A DNA stretch of 64,000 nt from Tubiluchus corallicola (GCA_030141605.1 JAQGDQ010000720.1:43754-107753); one strand, 5' to 3'; positions 1 to 56,968 are shown, numbered from the stretch's first letter. A program made the numbers and translations. Notes: a model not told the origin generated them from the sequence alone.

Positions 1-298
1 TCAAATTTAATCAAATTTTACGAGACAATGCCTTGTAATTCATCACTTCAGTTCGAATAATTCATCTAGGCAGAAGTTTCCGATCCAATGCCTGTATTCA
101 GTTTTGATTGCCTTATTTTGTACAAAAATCACAAAAAAATATATTTTTATTTTATGCATTTTTTATTTTATGGATTTTTCAAATTTTATTTTATGGATTT
201 TTGGTCTTATTTTATGGATATCCATAATCTTATGCAGCCTGGACATAAGGGACGGGTTTTTCCGATCCGGAGGTGTCCCTTATATCCGAGATTGACTG
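1..298. mobile_element. Right end of Tc1/mariner-pogo-like MITE (related end at about 55275-55465)
   Basis: Ends CCTTATATCCGAGATTGACTG|TA. A similar end, CCTTATACTCGAGGTTGACTG|TA, occurs at 55445-55467. The left end is not visible. Confidence 0.5.
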
Positions 299-344
299 TA
301 TATAAGCTTTTATACGCACACAAGACGTCTGCATAGTTAGAAAA

Positions 345-665
345 AAGACTTTTAATGTATATCCGAAAAAAAACTTCAAACACAAAGTTAAATTACTTTG
401 CATTACGCTTACCTGTTTGAAAAACTTATGTAATCGGAAAAAACTTTTAATAATTTAAAATGTTCGCGCACAGCTGGTAAAACGTCACATCATCGCTATC
501 CCAGTGTGCACCACTGAGTCACCTAAAACACATTATTGATCTTATTCGTGATATAAAGTAATTTAAACTTTTGCTTAGTTAGCGAAGAGTGTTCTACGAA
601 TGCTCTGATTATTTTTCCAATACTTACGCAACGTTATCTAAACTTCTTTACAAATGACTTACTTT
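345..665 (+). mobile_element. Dispersed repeat family; other copies at about 5020-5375 (+) and 55790-56170 (-)
   Basis: Shared blocks such as CGCTTACCTG, CTTAG(T/C)TAG(C/T)GA and CTACGAATG..CTG(G)ATTATTTTT align across the three loci. Confidence 0.65.
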
Positions 666-859
666 ATAAGATGCTGTGCGTAAGTTTGTTACATGTTTCT
701 TTTTTATCAATAAACATAGTACGTTTTCTTTGGCAGATGGCAGAAGAAACCGCCCAGGGACAGTTTTCTAGAAAGTCGCCCATCCATTTATGGGCCAAGT
801 TTATCATTGGCTAAATTTGATTGTTCATCCCGCTCAGCTAGTCATAGTCATAGTCTTCA

Positions 860-1240
860 AGGAAAACAAGCTTCGCCCCACTAGTTCTTCGTTGTTAGAT
901 GCATTTGCGCGATTTGCTAGTTAGATGGGCACTAGCACCTGCATTTCGGAAATGCATTGCACAAAAAATGGGCGCTGTACTTCTCAGTTCTGATGTGTTA
1001 GTTTGTGACGAACTGCACACGTTCGACGGCTCATGCGTGAGCGCATCGGTAAACTTGAAATTTGATTTTTTTATCTTAAAACTCGCCTAGTTTTAGTACA
1101 ACACACTGAATATATTACAGTAGCACTGTACTTCAATTTTCGCTTCCCAAACACGTGCAACACCTTTGTGGAATGTTTTCATGTTGAAAATTACGTTAGT
1201 TTGTGATGTCATCAATAGCTGGGCTCGCCCGCCGTTAATT
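860..1240 (-). mobile_element. Kolobok-like non-autonomous DNA transposon fragment (family A)
   Basis: Reverse-complement homology to about 14110-14389, 18138-18760, 26153-27232 and 34592-35250. Family ends read TTAA|AGG... and ...GCT|TTAA (14389, 38733), consistent with a TTAA target and RR..YY termini. Confidence 0.6.
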
Positions 1241-1286
1241 AAATGGGGTAGTAATAAAATTTAAACTTTAAAAAAGGAGGCCCGCG

Positions 1287-1803
<517 letters not shown>

Positions 1804-2115
1804 CGTTTGCCAGTATTGACAAGTACTAAGGACTGGTCTGAGAATAAAGCAGTTTTTCTTTCAATTGTTCTTTCCTTTAACAACTGTATAACTCCATATT
1901 TTCTCTTCGAAAATGCTTCTCCGGCGTTCTAGCAGTTCAAAAATTTTCTGGGCGCCAACTATGGTAGTGAAGGTGCTTTTCACCCCCCCCCCCTCGATGG
2001 AGCCTCACACGCCCCACTTCCCTGGGCCTCACATAGGCTGAAATAGGCCCTGCTCGTAGAGAAGCCTCTTATACGTATGTAAGTACTATGGCTGCACATA
2101 GTAATGCTTTGATGC

Positions 2116-2541
2116 TTACGTATCATACGATACACATAGGTCCATTGAAACAGAAGAGACAAGCCAACACACACGCTGTAACAGTTGAACGACAAACTGC
2201 GAATCCAACTTCAGTTGGAACAACTCACCTATTTGAGGAACGTCTAACTTTCGCTGATATTGCGTACTTCTTTTTGTAAGAACGGTGTACGGTAAACTAG
2301 GAAGATGGGGTCTACTTCTCGTTGTCGTTGTCGTCATTGTTGTTCTTGTGGTGAACTGCTGCGCCATCGCTAGTCGACTCTCCACCGAAGTGTTCTTCTC
2401 TTTCACAGAGTTCTGACTTCTCCTGTGTATTTGTCGATCCGTCAGTTTTTTGTCCACTCTAGCGAATACCGGGACACTGTACACCAAATCCAAATGTATT
2501 AGTGCAAGGAACACGCATATCAAGATATGTATTATATTCAT
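2116..2541 (-). CDS. Putative secreted precursor protein, first coding exon (signal peptide, basic cleavage sites, Thr-rich linker)
   Basis: ATG at 2541 in ACAATG context. MNIIHILICVFLALIHLDLVYS|VP looks like a signal peptide, followed by HRR, KR and RK sites. The ORF ends at TAA 2118-2116, which overlaps a donor-like AC|GTAAGC at 2119, so the gene may continue left of the window. Confidence 0.55.
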   Translation of the reverse strand: MNIIHILICVFLALIHLDLVYSVPVFARVDKKLTDRQIHRRSQNSVKEKNTSVESRLAMAQQFTTRTTMTTTTTRSRPHLPSLPYTVLTKRSTQYQRKLDVPQIGELFQLKLDSQFVVQLLQRVCWLVSSVSMDLCVSYDT

Positions 2542-3229
2542 TGTTTGTCCCACAGATGGCGCCACCGTTTTCAATGAACAATGTGCCACAGGTGTAAAAT
2601 TTAACGCTACCTTTTACGTTTTTCTTCAATAATAAAGGCTGGCATGAATCTCATTCCATTCTGTCTGTTTTTTAAACGGCTACTCTTCCTTTATCGTGAA
2701 AATAGCAGTATTTTTTTAAGTTTTACGACGCATCTGAATAGTGTAACGATGCACATGGTAGTATGACAGACACACGGTGCTAGTGTCGAGCGCAGCGTGC
2801 TTGCGGCCTCCCACGCATACGCGGTGAAATTCTGCATCCAATGGATGGCTTCATTTCCCCTCTCCTGCGCAATGCTGCTGTCGTGCAATAGTTCTATTGT
2901 GGTATCGTCTATCGTCTTTCGCCCGTATATAAACAGTCTGTTGGCGATGAAATTTTACAACTCTCGCCGTGTTTTCTATATTCTGTTTTGTTTTTTATTT
3001 ATGATTATGTGAATTTACATTAGAATTGGTAATTATTATTTATTATAATTGTACTCGCTGTTTTTCATTCTGTATAATGTGTGTAAACTTTTGTTGCTAA
3101 GTATTAAAATATGTTCGTTATCTTTTATTATGTATGTATGTATTGTTGGACTATAATTTGTAACTATGTCTATTGTATATGATCGTTGTCGTTCAATGTG
3201 TCCCATGCATTGGATTCTAAATCATACAT

Positions 3230-3236
3230 ATGTGTG

Positions 3237-3268
<32 letters not shown>

Positions 3269-3288
3269 TGCGTGCGTGTGTGTGTGTG
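3230..3288. repeat. (TG)n/(TGCG)n compound microsatellite
   Basis: Directly visible. Confidence 0.9.
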
Positions 3289-3594
3289 AATAGGTTTAAT
3301 ACGTTGTAAATGCTTTTAGAAATTTTAAACATATCCCTACACATAGAGGGAATGTATTTCGTACATAGTTTTTAAAAATAAAGAATTATAATAATAATAA
3401 TAATAATAATAATGTATTGTGGCGGTAGAACTTTGAGAGGTTTCATTGTACGTACTAGAGGTACTATATTAATGAGCGGAGGGGGACTAGGTTGTTTAAG
3501 AAGCAGGTATAAGATAAATTGTCATTTATGTGACGTGAATAGAAAGTCTCCCAAACTTCCAAGTCACCTTTCTTCTTAATTTAACGCTTACCAT

Positions 3595-3973
3595 AATAAG
3601 CCTTTTCATGGTTCCAGCGAGTGATGATGATCGTGAAAAGGTTAGAGGTTAAGTCTACCAGACAACGCATTATGTACACTTGGCAATGCCTCGCCCAGCC
3701 CATGCTCTTTTAATAGTAACAGTTTTAAGTTCTAACTAGAACCTTACCTAGTTCATTTTTTCTTGATCTCAAGTAAGATCCTGTTAGTAAATCACTCTAC
3801 GCACAGACTAATGCATAGTTAAGTAAAATCCGCGTAAAACAACTGAAGTCATTGAACTGATACAGCAGACCGCTTTGCTTTACCCACATGGGGGTTGTAG
3901 TTGCTGTGGTACACTTAACCTTTGACCTCTAACAACTGCGCGTGCGCACAACGAAACTATGAAAAGGCTTATT
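3595..3973. mobile_element. MITE with AATAAGCCTTTTCA terminal inverted repeats (Harbinger/ISL2EU-like)
   Basis: TIR AATAAGCCTTTTCAT / ATGAAAAGGCTTATT. Second full copy at 39663-40042 and a fragment at about 14490-14580. Confidence 0.8.
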
Positions 3974-6900
3974 CACCGCAGCTCAGCTCAGTTTAACTTA
4001 ACCAAAATTATGTCTGTTCATCGCAACAAGATAGAATTAACTTTGGGGAGACAAGTAGAAATTTACAGATGCGAAGTAGAGCGTACGCCAAGAAAAACTT
4101 GAGAAATCTTTAGCTATTCAGAGAAACTAACCTCAACAGCTTTCATGCTAATAGAGCAAACATTTTACATCCACCTAGAAATATCACTAAACGACATTAT
4201 AGTTGAATCTGCCTTGATTGCCTAACTTGGCTTTAAATGAACATCCAAAATGTTATTGAATTGAAAGCATTGTTGAAAATAAGTTATTTTATAATTAGAA
4301 CAAAGACTGCAAGCTTGACAAAATTTTACTTATTAATTTCTACGATATCAGCAGTGCATTATCTTTTGGTGCTGAGGATATCTTGGTTTCACAGCTACCA
4401 ATAATTATTTAGCACATTGAATTACTTAACCATCTGCTATAGTATAATTATTTAATTAAATAAATAAATGGTAAATGGAATCAATGCTCCACGTAGCATT
4501 TAAATAAATTGCTTCTTTAATCAATCATTACTGATGTTATACATTTTTGTTTTTTTCCTCTGGTCATATTTTCATAGTAATTTTTATGACAATATTTTTA
4601 TACTCGTAATTTTGTAATAATTGTTTTGCTTTTTTCGAATTTTAAAACTTAAATCCTTCCTTATCCTCCCTACGACGACAGCTAGTGCGCGATTAAAACG
4701 CTGCATTTTTCTAATAAAAATTTATAAAGAATTTATTATATAGTGGGTTGTTTATGAAATGAATGTTGTTCTTGTTATATAGAATTTAAAAAAACTTTAC
4801 TACTTACTCAGACTTTTAAAGGGCAAGAAAAGGGATACCTGTAGTAGGTTTTAGAAAAATCGCCTCATACTTTATAACAATTTTAACGGTATAACGTACT
4901 CGCATTAAAAGGGGTTTTTATTTGTTTTCATTTTAAATCTCTTCTGACGACGCCATTACATGACGTCATATACGCACAATATAAATAAGGGGAAGAAAAG
5001 GAAGTGTTAAACTGAGTCCCAAAAAACTGTCTATACAAAGTTATATTAGTTAGCATTTCGCTTACCTGCTTAAAAGACTTATGTAATTAGAAAAAAGTAT
5101 TTAAAACGTTTTCATCAAATGGTAAAATGTTATTGCCTCGCCTTCAGGATTTACCAATCACCTAACCAAAAAAACGTATTTTTAATCTTATTGAGAAAAT
5201 ACCATGATTTTAAATTTTACTTAGCTAGTGACATATGTGCTACGAATGTTCTGGATTATTTTTTACCCAGTGTTAGCCAAACTTGTTGTCAAATGACCTG
5301 TTGTCAAAATGGCTACATCTAACGGTCATTGCGTGAGTTTAAATTTACAGCGTTACTGCCGACGCAAGCCCTGTATGCGAAAATTTCCCTGTAGGTGGTA
5401 TAAAATTTCAAGACGAATTTTTAAGTTTTATGTAAGTTGAAGGTTTTCTTGTGGTTTAAGTATTTTCACATCAACTGAAGTAATTCATTCACTCAGTAAG
5501 TCACTTGAATATACAATGTAATGATGATGATGATGATGGCAAGTTTTTATTGAAAATAAATAAATATTTACAGACGTGTCTCTATTTGCAGGCGTATAGT
5601 TTAACTTGATTAATTACTGCTAGATTAATTACTCAATTAAATAACATGATTACATTTTAGCAACATTCTATCAGCTTTATCAGTTGTTTAACAAAATAAA
5701 TAAAGAAATAACATTGCGTATCATTCACCTTTTCGACCCATCAAACTATATTTAATTTTAAACATCTTCATGATGTACATGACGTTCGGATTATATTCAT
5801 ATTACAATGCTAAAAATTATCTATTCACATTTCAGCACATTTGCATTTTAAATAAACTTTTCCAATTTCACCAAAACACATAAACACAATTTTATAAAAT
5901 TTTATATACATAATGTACTTCAGTTGTTTATATACAGCAATTATATTTAAAAACCTTAGTAAAATTACAATTGTTACATTAGTTAATATACATAAAGTTA
6001 TTTACTGCACGTATGCATAATAAATCTACCTCGTTTTGCGTCAGTAAAAGCTTTAATTATGTTTCCGTCATTTTTTACTATTTGTCAGGCTTCTTCCTCC
6101 TAGTTGCTCCATTAATCGTAACTGCAGCTATTACTATTTACAAAAGGACGTCTATGCAAAGGTGGTCTGGGGTTTGAACTTAAGTTCCACATTTTACTAA
6201 CTCGTTTGAAAGCAAACCTAAATTACATAATCTGTTTTTCCACATTATAAGCGCAATACTACAAGTGCAATGCATTTCCCATCTACTTAGTCTTTCAGGA
6301 TAAATTCCATTTGCCCACTGGCAGAACTTCAGTTTATTTGGTAATGTATTTATTTTCAATCCCCCATTTTTACATCACAAACTCAATACAGACTGTCATT
6401 CTTAAATTATTGTACGAAATGTCTCCTTCCGTATATGAAATAACTTAAGCCTAACTCTCATTGTATTTCGCTGCAGGCTAAACATGCTGATGATTTCCAA
6501 ACTTCCATTTGTAATTATAAATTAATTCGTCCTACCAATCTGCAATTATTCTCAAATGGCAAACGTCGCTGTTTTCAACTTTATTTTGTGTTAAGCTATG
6601 CGAGTGCGTGTCTAATCATCCAGCATCCAAACTTGTCAGTATTAACTGTATGGAAACTTGCAGGTTTTGTGTGCAACCACTCCCAATTACTCCAGATGTG
6701 TCCAGTCAGACTTAATTATGTTCAAACGTTCAATGTCAAATCATTCTTATGTCCAAGCAGCCTTGAGCAATGCCGTTCCACGTCGGTCGTCAAGCTCGTC
6801 ATACGTCAAAATTGGTATATTGAAATATCAGCCAATTTATATCAACTCGAAAACAATCACCGAGGTTGCTAAAATTGCGTAGAATCACTTTTATTAACTA

Positions 6901-7022
6901 AAATTTCAAAGATATACGCTCCTGCTATTTTGCATTACGCGCAAAGCCCAAATTTCTGTGGATTTGCGTCATTTTGTAAAATGTAAATTTCTTTGTTTAT
7001 TTCAGATTTATTTTTTCTTTAG

Positions 7023-7069
7023 GTGATTGGTTTTCGGAATCTAAGTATTCTCCAAGTGACAAACTTCCT
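7023..7069 (+). other. HAUS5: Probable non-coding 5' exon of HAUS5; intron 7070-8021
   Basis: Donor CCT|GTAAGC at 7070 and acceptor TGTTTTAACAG| at 8021, 51 nt before the ATG. The exon start is uncertain. Confidence 0.4.
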
Positions 7070-8072
7070 GTAAGCTAATTACTATGTTGCTATAATTATA
7101 GTTAGCCTATTGAATTTCACTCATGTAACTGATACTGATAGTTGAATATAATTTATTAATTATAATTCGCATTGATTAGCAGTCCATGAAGTTGAAGATG
7201 AAAACATATCACACAGTGGAAGTAGGTTAATTACCGTACTCAGTAGCATAACTTTTATTGTAGGATAGAAACTCAAGCTGAAACACACAATCAGTTATCG
7301 ATTCAATTCAATTTATTTATTAACTCCGCAGCAATTATAAAAATAGTGTAATCGTACATGCAATATGTATCACATTATGCTTTAATGAAATTTACTCATA
7401 TCTGACTGGTATCTCGATAACCTGAATCATTGATATTTAACACATGCTTGACATTCCGTTGATAAAAACAGTGTGAAATAACTCAAGCTCAACATGAGCA
7501 TAGCACTAGCAGGCTTGACCTTGACACCGGCAGACCTTCTGCTAGCAGCCATAGCGAAGCGGTTGCAAGCACAGTGTGTTTATTGTTCATAACAATCTAT
7601 AGTAGGCTAATTATATTTGATTATAATATAAGTTTCTTAAATGGCTTGCAGCAAATGCGGACTAGAAAACGCACCAGCATATTTTGAATCAAAAGTATTG
7701 AAATGTTTTGCTTTTGTGGTGGCTTACATGCAAACAATACAAGAATATAAACAGAAATCAAACAGCTTCTGAATTATTTTAGCATTTAGTGATATTAAAT
7801 TTGTTTGATAAATCTAATATAAGTTATATATGTAATATATCAACAGCTTAATCTAGTTTTTTTATTAAATCATGCAAACATTATCTCAGTGTGTATCGTG
7901 AGGTTAGTATCGTGACATGTATCGTATCGTGACATATCGTATATGGACCCTGCTACCAGCACTACATGTTCTCTGTGAAAATTTTGAAATGTATAGCTAA
8001 ATGACTTCATTGTTTTAACAGGCTTTTTCTACAAAGGTTTTGCAAGTTTGAATACGTGTGCTGAACGGTGAC

Positions 8073-9950
8073 ATGCATCCAGCAAGTCAAGCATCAGAAC
8101 TGTTGTCATGGCTGCAAGAAGAGATGAACTATTCTCCGTCCTCCCCGCATCCGACCGAAGAGCAGTTGCGCACCTTGTGCAAAGGTCAAACGCAAAATCT
8201 CTGGAAGTTTGTAGTGAACAGAGTTCGCCATAAGGAAAAAGTAAAAAATGCAAGAGCCAACATTCGCCTGTATAACAACCTGTCTCGCGTTGCCGCGGCA
8301 GATTACGCACCCGCTGAACAAGCGAAGTTGGTTGAAATGAGGAAAACATGTGCCACCGATGTAGCAGCACTGAAACTAGCTGGCAGTCTCGCTGAGGAAA
8401 GGTTGGCTGCCGTGGAAAAAAGGATTTCAGATCTTCAAACCCAATGTGAAAATGCCACTTCGGACTTGGATTCTATACGTGCCAACACGACAATGCTAGC
8501 AGTTTATAATTCCATGTGGACAAAGGAGGTAGAAAAAATAAAAAAACTCTGTGACCAATTTTGTGGGTTACTAAACAAGAAAGAGCTGCCACCCGAAACA
8601 TCTGGTGCAAGCGAAATTGTAAATGACTGTAGCAAACACATTGTCAAAGATTTGACACTAAACTTGTTTGAAAAACCTAGTAATGGTGACTGGACAGTAA
8701 CCGGAAATGAAGTAAGAAGTGCTATCAGTGAGTTAAATTGCTATCAGACTGAAGATATTGTCAAAGTTATTATCAAAACTACAAAGGATGGTATATGTCA
8801 CCTTCAGCAGACTACAGATGAAATCGACGTTGCAAAAGATATGGAATTACTGAAAATGCGCGATAAAAACTTGGAAAAAACTGTGGACAGTCATCTGCAG
8901 CAGGAGTACGTGGATCACATACGCAGGGCTGTTAAGACAAAAATGATAATTTCTGAGTGTCATGCATCTGAGAAGGAACTGGAAAGGTGCAAAGTAAACA
9001 TCATGGCAGCTGCCATTCACAGCAGTAAATCTAACATGAAATGTGTAGCCGTTGTGCAGAAACTAGCAGAGACTAAAATTGAAAACGCCGGCTTGACAAA
9101 GATGTTGCAGGTAGCCGAAGAAGCTGTTGCTTCATTACAGAAAGCAACCGCCGACGTTGAAAGGCAGTCGACCGATCTACAGTTGATGATTAAGCGAATT
9201 GATGATTTTTCTGCTCGAGCTGAAAGAAAGCGAAACATTATTAATTCGTTGTTAAAGGAGAATTCGGCTGGACCTGGAAAAGTGAAAGAGAAGAGTTCAG
9301 CTTTTCATAACTATATGCAATTATCCACGCTACCGATGGCATCTCTGGTACTTGAGAACGTGCCAAAGCTTACGGGCAGCATGGATACTGAGGTAAAGCA
9401 GTTCAAAAACCTTTGTGCCACATTACCAAATAAATCACTTATGATGGCTGAGGATGGACATTTGAACAACGTCTCTGTTTGTGAAACTTTTAATGATAAT
9501 AACAAACAGAATGTTAGAGCGAACACCCTGTCAGCAGCATTGCATTCCCTGAAATTTCCTTCGTACAGGTCCTTAGATACTATTTTTTGTTTCTGTCAGG
9601 AGCTGAAGGAGGCATCAGAGGAAGAAAAATCACTAGCAAAACGCCATCAGGCGCAATTAGAGAAAATAGCGTCGATGCCTTTCACTAGAGAATACGTTGT
9701 GACATTGGTGAAGAAAACTGCTGCTAGCGATGCTGTTAGCATGGAAAATACCCTGCCAATCGTACATGAACAAATCTGTCAGATGTCTCAAGCTACCAGC
9801 GACTGCCTAAAGCTCAAGTCTGTCATCAACGATTGGAAGGAACAGCCAGCTCAGTTTCTAGTGCCATGGGTGACAGTTGACGGGAAGAACTTACAGCAGT
9901 GGAAAAACTTGTGGCTCCTCAGTAAAGTTAAACAGATTAAAGACATTTAA
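8073..9950 (+). CDS. HAUS5: HAUS augmin-like complex subunit 5, 625 aa, intronless CDS
   Basis: N-terminus ASELLSWLQEEM..LRTLCKGQTQNLWKFVVNRV..VKNARANIRLY and C-terminus WKEQPAQFLVPWVTVDGKNLQQW match the HAUS5 family pattern (human ARELGCWAVEEM..LRRLCLGQGADIW; WWEQPGQ..GLSLPQW). Coiled-coil middle; length similar to the human protein. Confidence 0.88.
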   Translation: MHPASQASELLSWLQEEMNYSPSSPHPTEEQLRTLCKGQTQNLWKFVVNRVRHKEKVKNARANIRLYNNLSRVAAADYAPAEQAKLVEMRKTCATDVAALKLAGSLAEERLAAVEKRISDLQTQCENATSDLDSIRANTTMLAVYNSMWTKEVEKIKKLCDQFCGLLNKKELPPETSGASEIVNDCSKHIVKDLTLNLFEKPSNGDWTVTGNEVRSAISELNCYQTEDIVKVIIKTTKDGICHLQQTTDEIDVAKDMELLKMRDKNLEKTVDSHLQQEYVDHIRRAVKTKMIISECHASEKELERCKVNIMAAAIHSSKSNMKCVAVVQKLAETKIENAGLTKMLQVAEEAVASLQKATADVERQSTDLQLMIKRIDDFSARAERKRNIINSLLKENSAGPGKVKEKSSAFHNYMQLSTLPMASLVLENVPKLTGSMDTEVKQFKNLCATLPNKSLMMAEDGHLNNVSVCETFNDNNKQNVRANTLSAALHSLKFPSYRSLDTIFCFCQELKEASEEEKSLAKRHQAQLEKIASMPFTREYVVTLVKKTAASDAVSMENTLPIVHEQICQMSQATSDCLKLKSVINDWKEQPAQFLVPWVTVDGKNLQQWKNLWLLSKVKQIKDI

Positions 9951-10212
9951 AAATTAAATTATTCGGCTTAGTCTAACTGTACATGGTGTCAGTGCATTAA
10001 GAATGATCAGATTGGTGGAGAAAAGAAATCGTTAAGCTTGGTCGATTAGTGATTGTCACTGAATAACGAAAATCAGTCTTTAATGTTGAGTTTGCGTTTG
10101 TTGCTTGGAGATTGTGAAGCTCTTGTTTAGACGTTAGAAATGTAGAAATGTAAACGTTTAACTTGTAGAAGTTTCTTTATTAGATACGAGTAAAAACCAG
10201 TTAACTATATTA

Positions 10213-10661
10213 CAGTGTTCCCTCGCTACTTCGCAGTTTGTTTATCGTGGACTCACTGTTTCGCGGGTTTTCAAAGAATATTATAAATCATAAAAAATTA
10301 CCATTTACAGTAAATACTATATTTATTCGGCGGATGAATACACACCAAAAACAAAATGTAATACTTGCGCCCGTTTGAGATGCTACGTACCGACGTGAGA
10401 TTGTACACAACACACGATTGGTTGATTGATGGAAGCGACCAACCAGAGAATGCTGCTCTGAATCCCAGTCGCTGATTGGCTCAAGTACCGTGCAATTTGT
10501 TTTCTTGTACGCTATTTGTGAAATTTTTGTTAGAGACTGAATTTATTCAAACCCTACGATGCCACCCAAACGAGTAAGTGTTAAATAAGTATAGCATCCC
10601 TACTTCACTTATCGCGGGTGGGCTTTTAAACAGAACACCCGTGATAAGTGAGGGAACACTG
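10213..10661. mobile_element. Tigger/pogo-like MITE
   Basis: TA|CAGTGTTCCCTCGCT ... AGTGAGGGAACACTG|TA; contains a relic ATGCCACCCAAACGA (MPPKR) resembling Tigger transposase starts. Confidence 0.85.
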
Positions 10662-12247
10662 TATATATTTCAGTGTACATGTAAAATGCAGTGATTTTTG
10701 TCGTACATAAATGTAAGAGGGCAAGTAACTTGAAATGGCATTAATTGAGATTCGACTCAGATTAAACTTAAACTTAAATTCAAAGTGAGTTATGTGAAAT
10801 TCCTAACTAGAACCTGTCTTGAAAACAGTGCTATGCAAGAATGTGTAAAAGCAAATAAATACAAAGTGATACGTACTATGTACTAGAATGTAATTTGCAG
10901 TTGTGGTGCCATAATATTATTTATAGATTTAAATCTCTCTTTTTATGGGTTTTGTATTGCTTGAAGAGAAACACAAAACAAAAATTCATATTTATCAGCT
11001 TTAAATTCTCTTGTGATTATTTCACTAGCCTGATGCTGGCCTTTAGTGATGTTACTTTAATTTAATTAATGAGAAACTATTCAAACCCAGGTTGCGGCAT
11101 AGAGATGTGCTCTAATTTGATTTTGATTTATTGATAAGAATTAATATTTTATTTTGGAGAAGCTCACACCATCGCATAATTTAGTAAAATACTTTAACTT
11201 TCTTGAGTTTTCTTCACAGGTGCCAAGCTGATCGAGTTCAAGATTTATTGATATAACACTGAATGTCAAGTGCTCAATATGTCAATGCTATTGCGATAAA
11301 AGTAATAAACGAGTTAGCATTCCAATCTAAATTAAATTCGTAATCTTACGATTGCGTTATCATCTGTCATTCCAGTTTTTAAAATGTAATTAATAATGAG
11401 CTTAACAGTATTTATTCAATAAACTTTAACTGAGGCAAAATTAAAGTTGCACAGAGAAGGCCAACTGAATTGCTTTATACTGATGTTCATTATTTCGTTG
11501 AAATTATACTGCTGCAGCACTCGGACATTTTGAATGAACACATTAATAATTATTATGATATGTCATGACAGTTGTGGGTTTGCCAGTAGGCAATAGGCAC
11601 AGCCGCACTGAGCAATTGCTGTTTGTCTCTTTTATTTGGAAGGGGTCGTTGAGAATTAGCGCGTCAATACCGGTATTCGTGATTACAGTTGACTTCCCAT
11701 ATTACTTACTCGCGTATATAAAAAAAACTGTACTGTTTAGGAATTTACTAGAAATTTCTTTGCTTTTCCTGTCGCTATTAGCTTTGCTTCTGCCAAGAAG
11801 GCAGCTTTGAAATAAGTAAGCTAGTTTTGAGAAATATTCTGAGGCTTAACCATTTTACACTTAATGTTATTAGGTAAGTAACTTATCATCAAAAATCAAG
11901 GTTTATATTTATAATACACAAAGATACTACGTGTGACGTTCGCCCTTGCTGGCCATCCCTGTGACTGCAGTGCCATGTACTGTCTGACTGTACTCGATTT
12001 TGAACAAACTGGAATGCGCCACATATAGTTTAATACGTATTTATCTGACAAAAATTTTTGCATAATATTTCTCGATGTTAAAATATATTAAATTTCAGCT
12101 ATCGCCAAGTGCATTCAGGTCGCGGCGCTATTACACTTTCCACCACCTAGCTTTTTCTAGGTTATTACTCGTTTTTAGGCTCGTACGTCATCATTCTATT
12201 ATTCTTACGTCATCAGTGAATGTTTCCGCTAATCTAATTATAATTTA

Positions 12248-12285
<38 letters not shown>

Positions 12286-12339
12286 TATAATTACCAATAA
12301 TTACGCTGTATTCACAGTTCTACACCTATACAGGGCGTA

Positions 12340-12702
12340 TCGCCATCTTGTTTGTGTGTAGTCACGTGACGAATTTCGTACTAGTTTATGCATTATCAGG
12401 GCCTAGATTAAAAGCACGTGACACACTTTCATCTTCACCGCATTTACGAAATAAAGAAAAAACCTTTACTTTTTTTATAATCTAATAGCAATAACACTAC
12501 AGTAATAAATAAAATTAATGATAAATAACTGCAGTGGTCTAAAATAATTTCCCGCGATACAATACAAACTCCAGTGGCTGCAACCCTAATAATCATAAAT
12601 TATGCGAAGAAACTAAAAATACATGTTAAGGGTCACATTGTCACTGCGCATTAGTGGTGTAAACACAGTTATGCACGTGGAGCTTTCTGCGTAATGCCGG
12701 CG
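12340..12702 (+). promoter_or_regulatory. EDRF1: Candidate EDRF1 promoter and non-coding first exon
   Basis: GTCACGTGAC at 12361 and further CACGTG at 12415 and 12675. Donor GCG|GTAAGT at 12703 and acceptor TCTCTTAG| at 12944, with an in-frame stop just before ATG 12962. Confidence 0.4.
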
Positions 12703-12961
12703 GTAAGTAATGTATGATTTTAATCTGGAATTACAAAGCGTAAAAAGCAATAATATTATGGGAATATGGTGTATATTACGCCTGTTGGTCTGCTTTCTGG
12801 CCTGCAGGCGTGAAAAGAACCAATAGGCCAGGAAAAGCTAGGCGGTGCGAAAATGTAATAGCGCCTCAGGTCGGTCCTTGGGTATTTTGTGCGACACGTG
12901 AATAGTGTGTATACATGTACTTACCTTTTTCTATTATCTCTTAGGGAGTAGTTAAGAAAAC

Positions 12962-56968
<44,007 letters not shown>

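Noticed and set aside
5309-5338. ATG mini-exon with GTGAGT donor as HAUS5 exon 1
   Set aside because: The segment is part of a dispersed repeat also present, reversed, at about 55790-55890.
6588-6882. 94-aa and 74-aa ORFs or a divergent gene upstream of HAUS5
   Set aside because: Non-ATG starts, no recognisable motif, and minus-strand frames contain stops.
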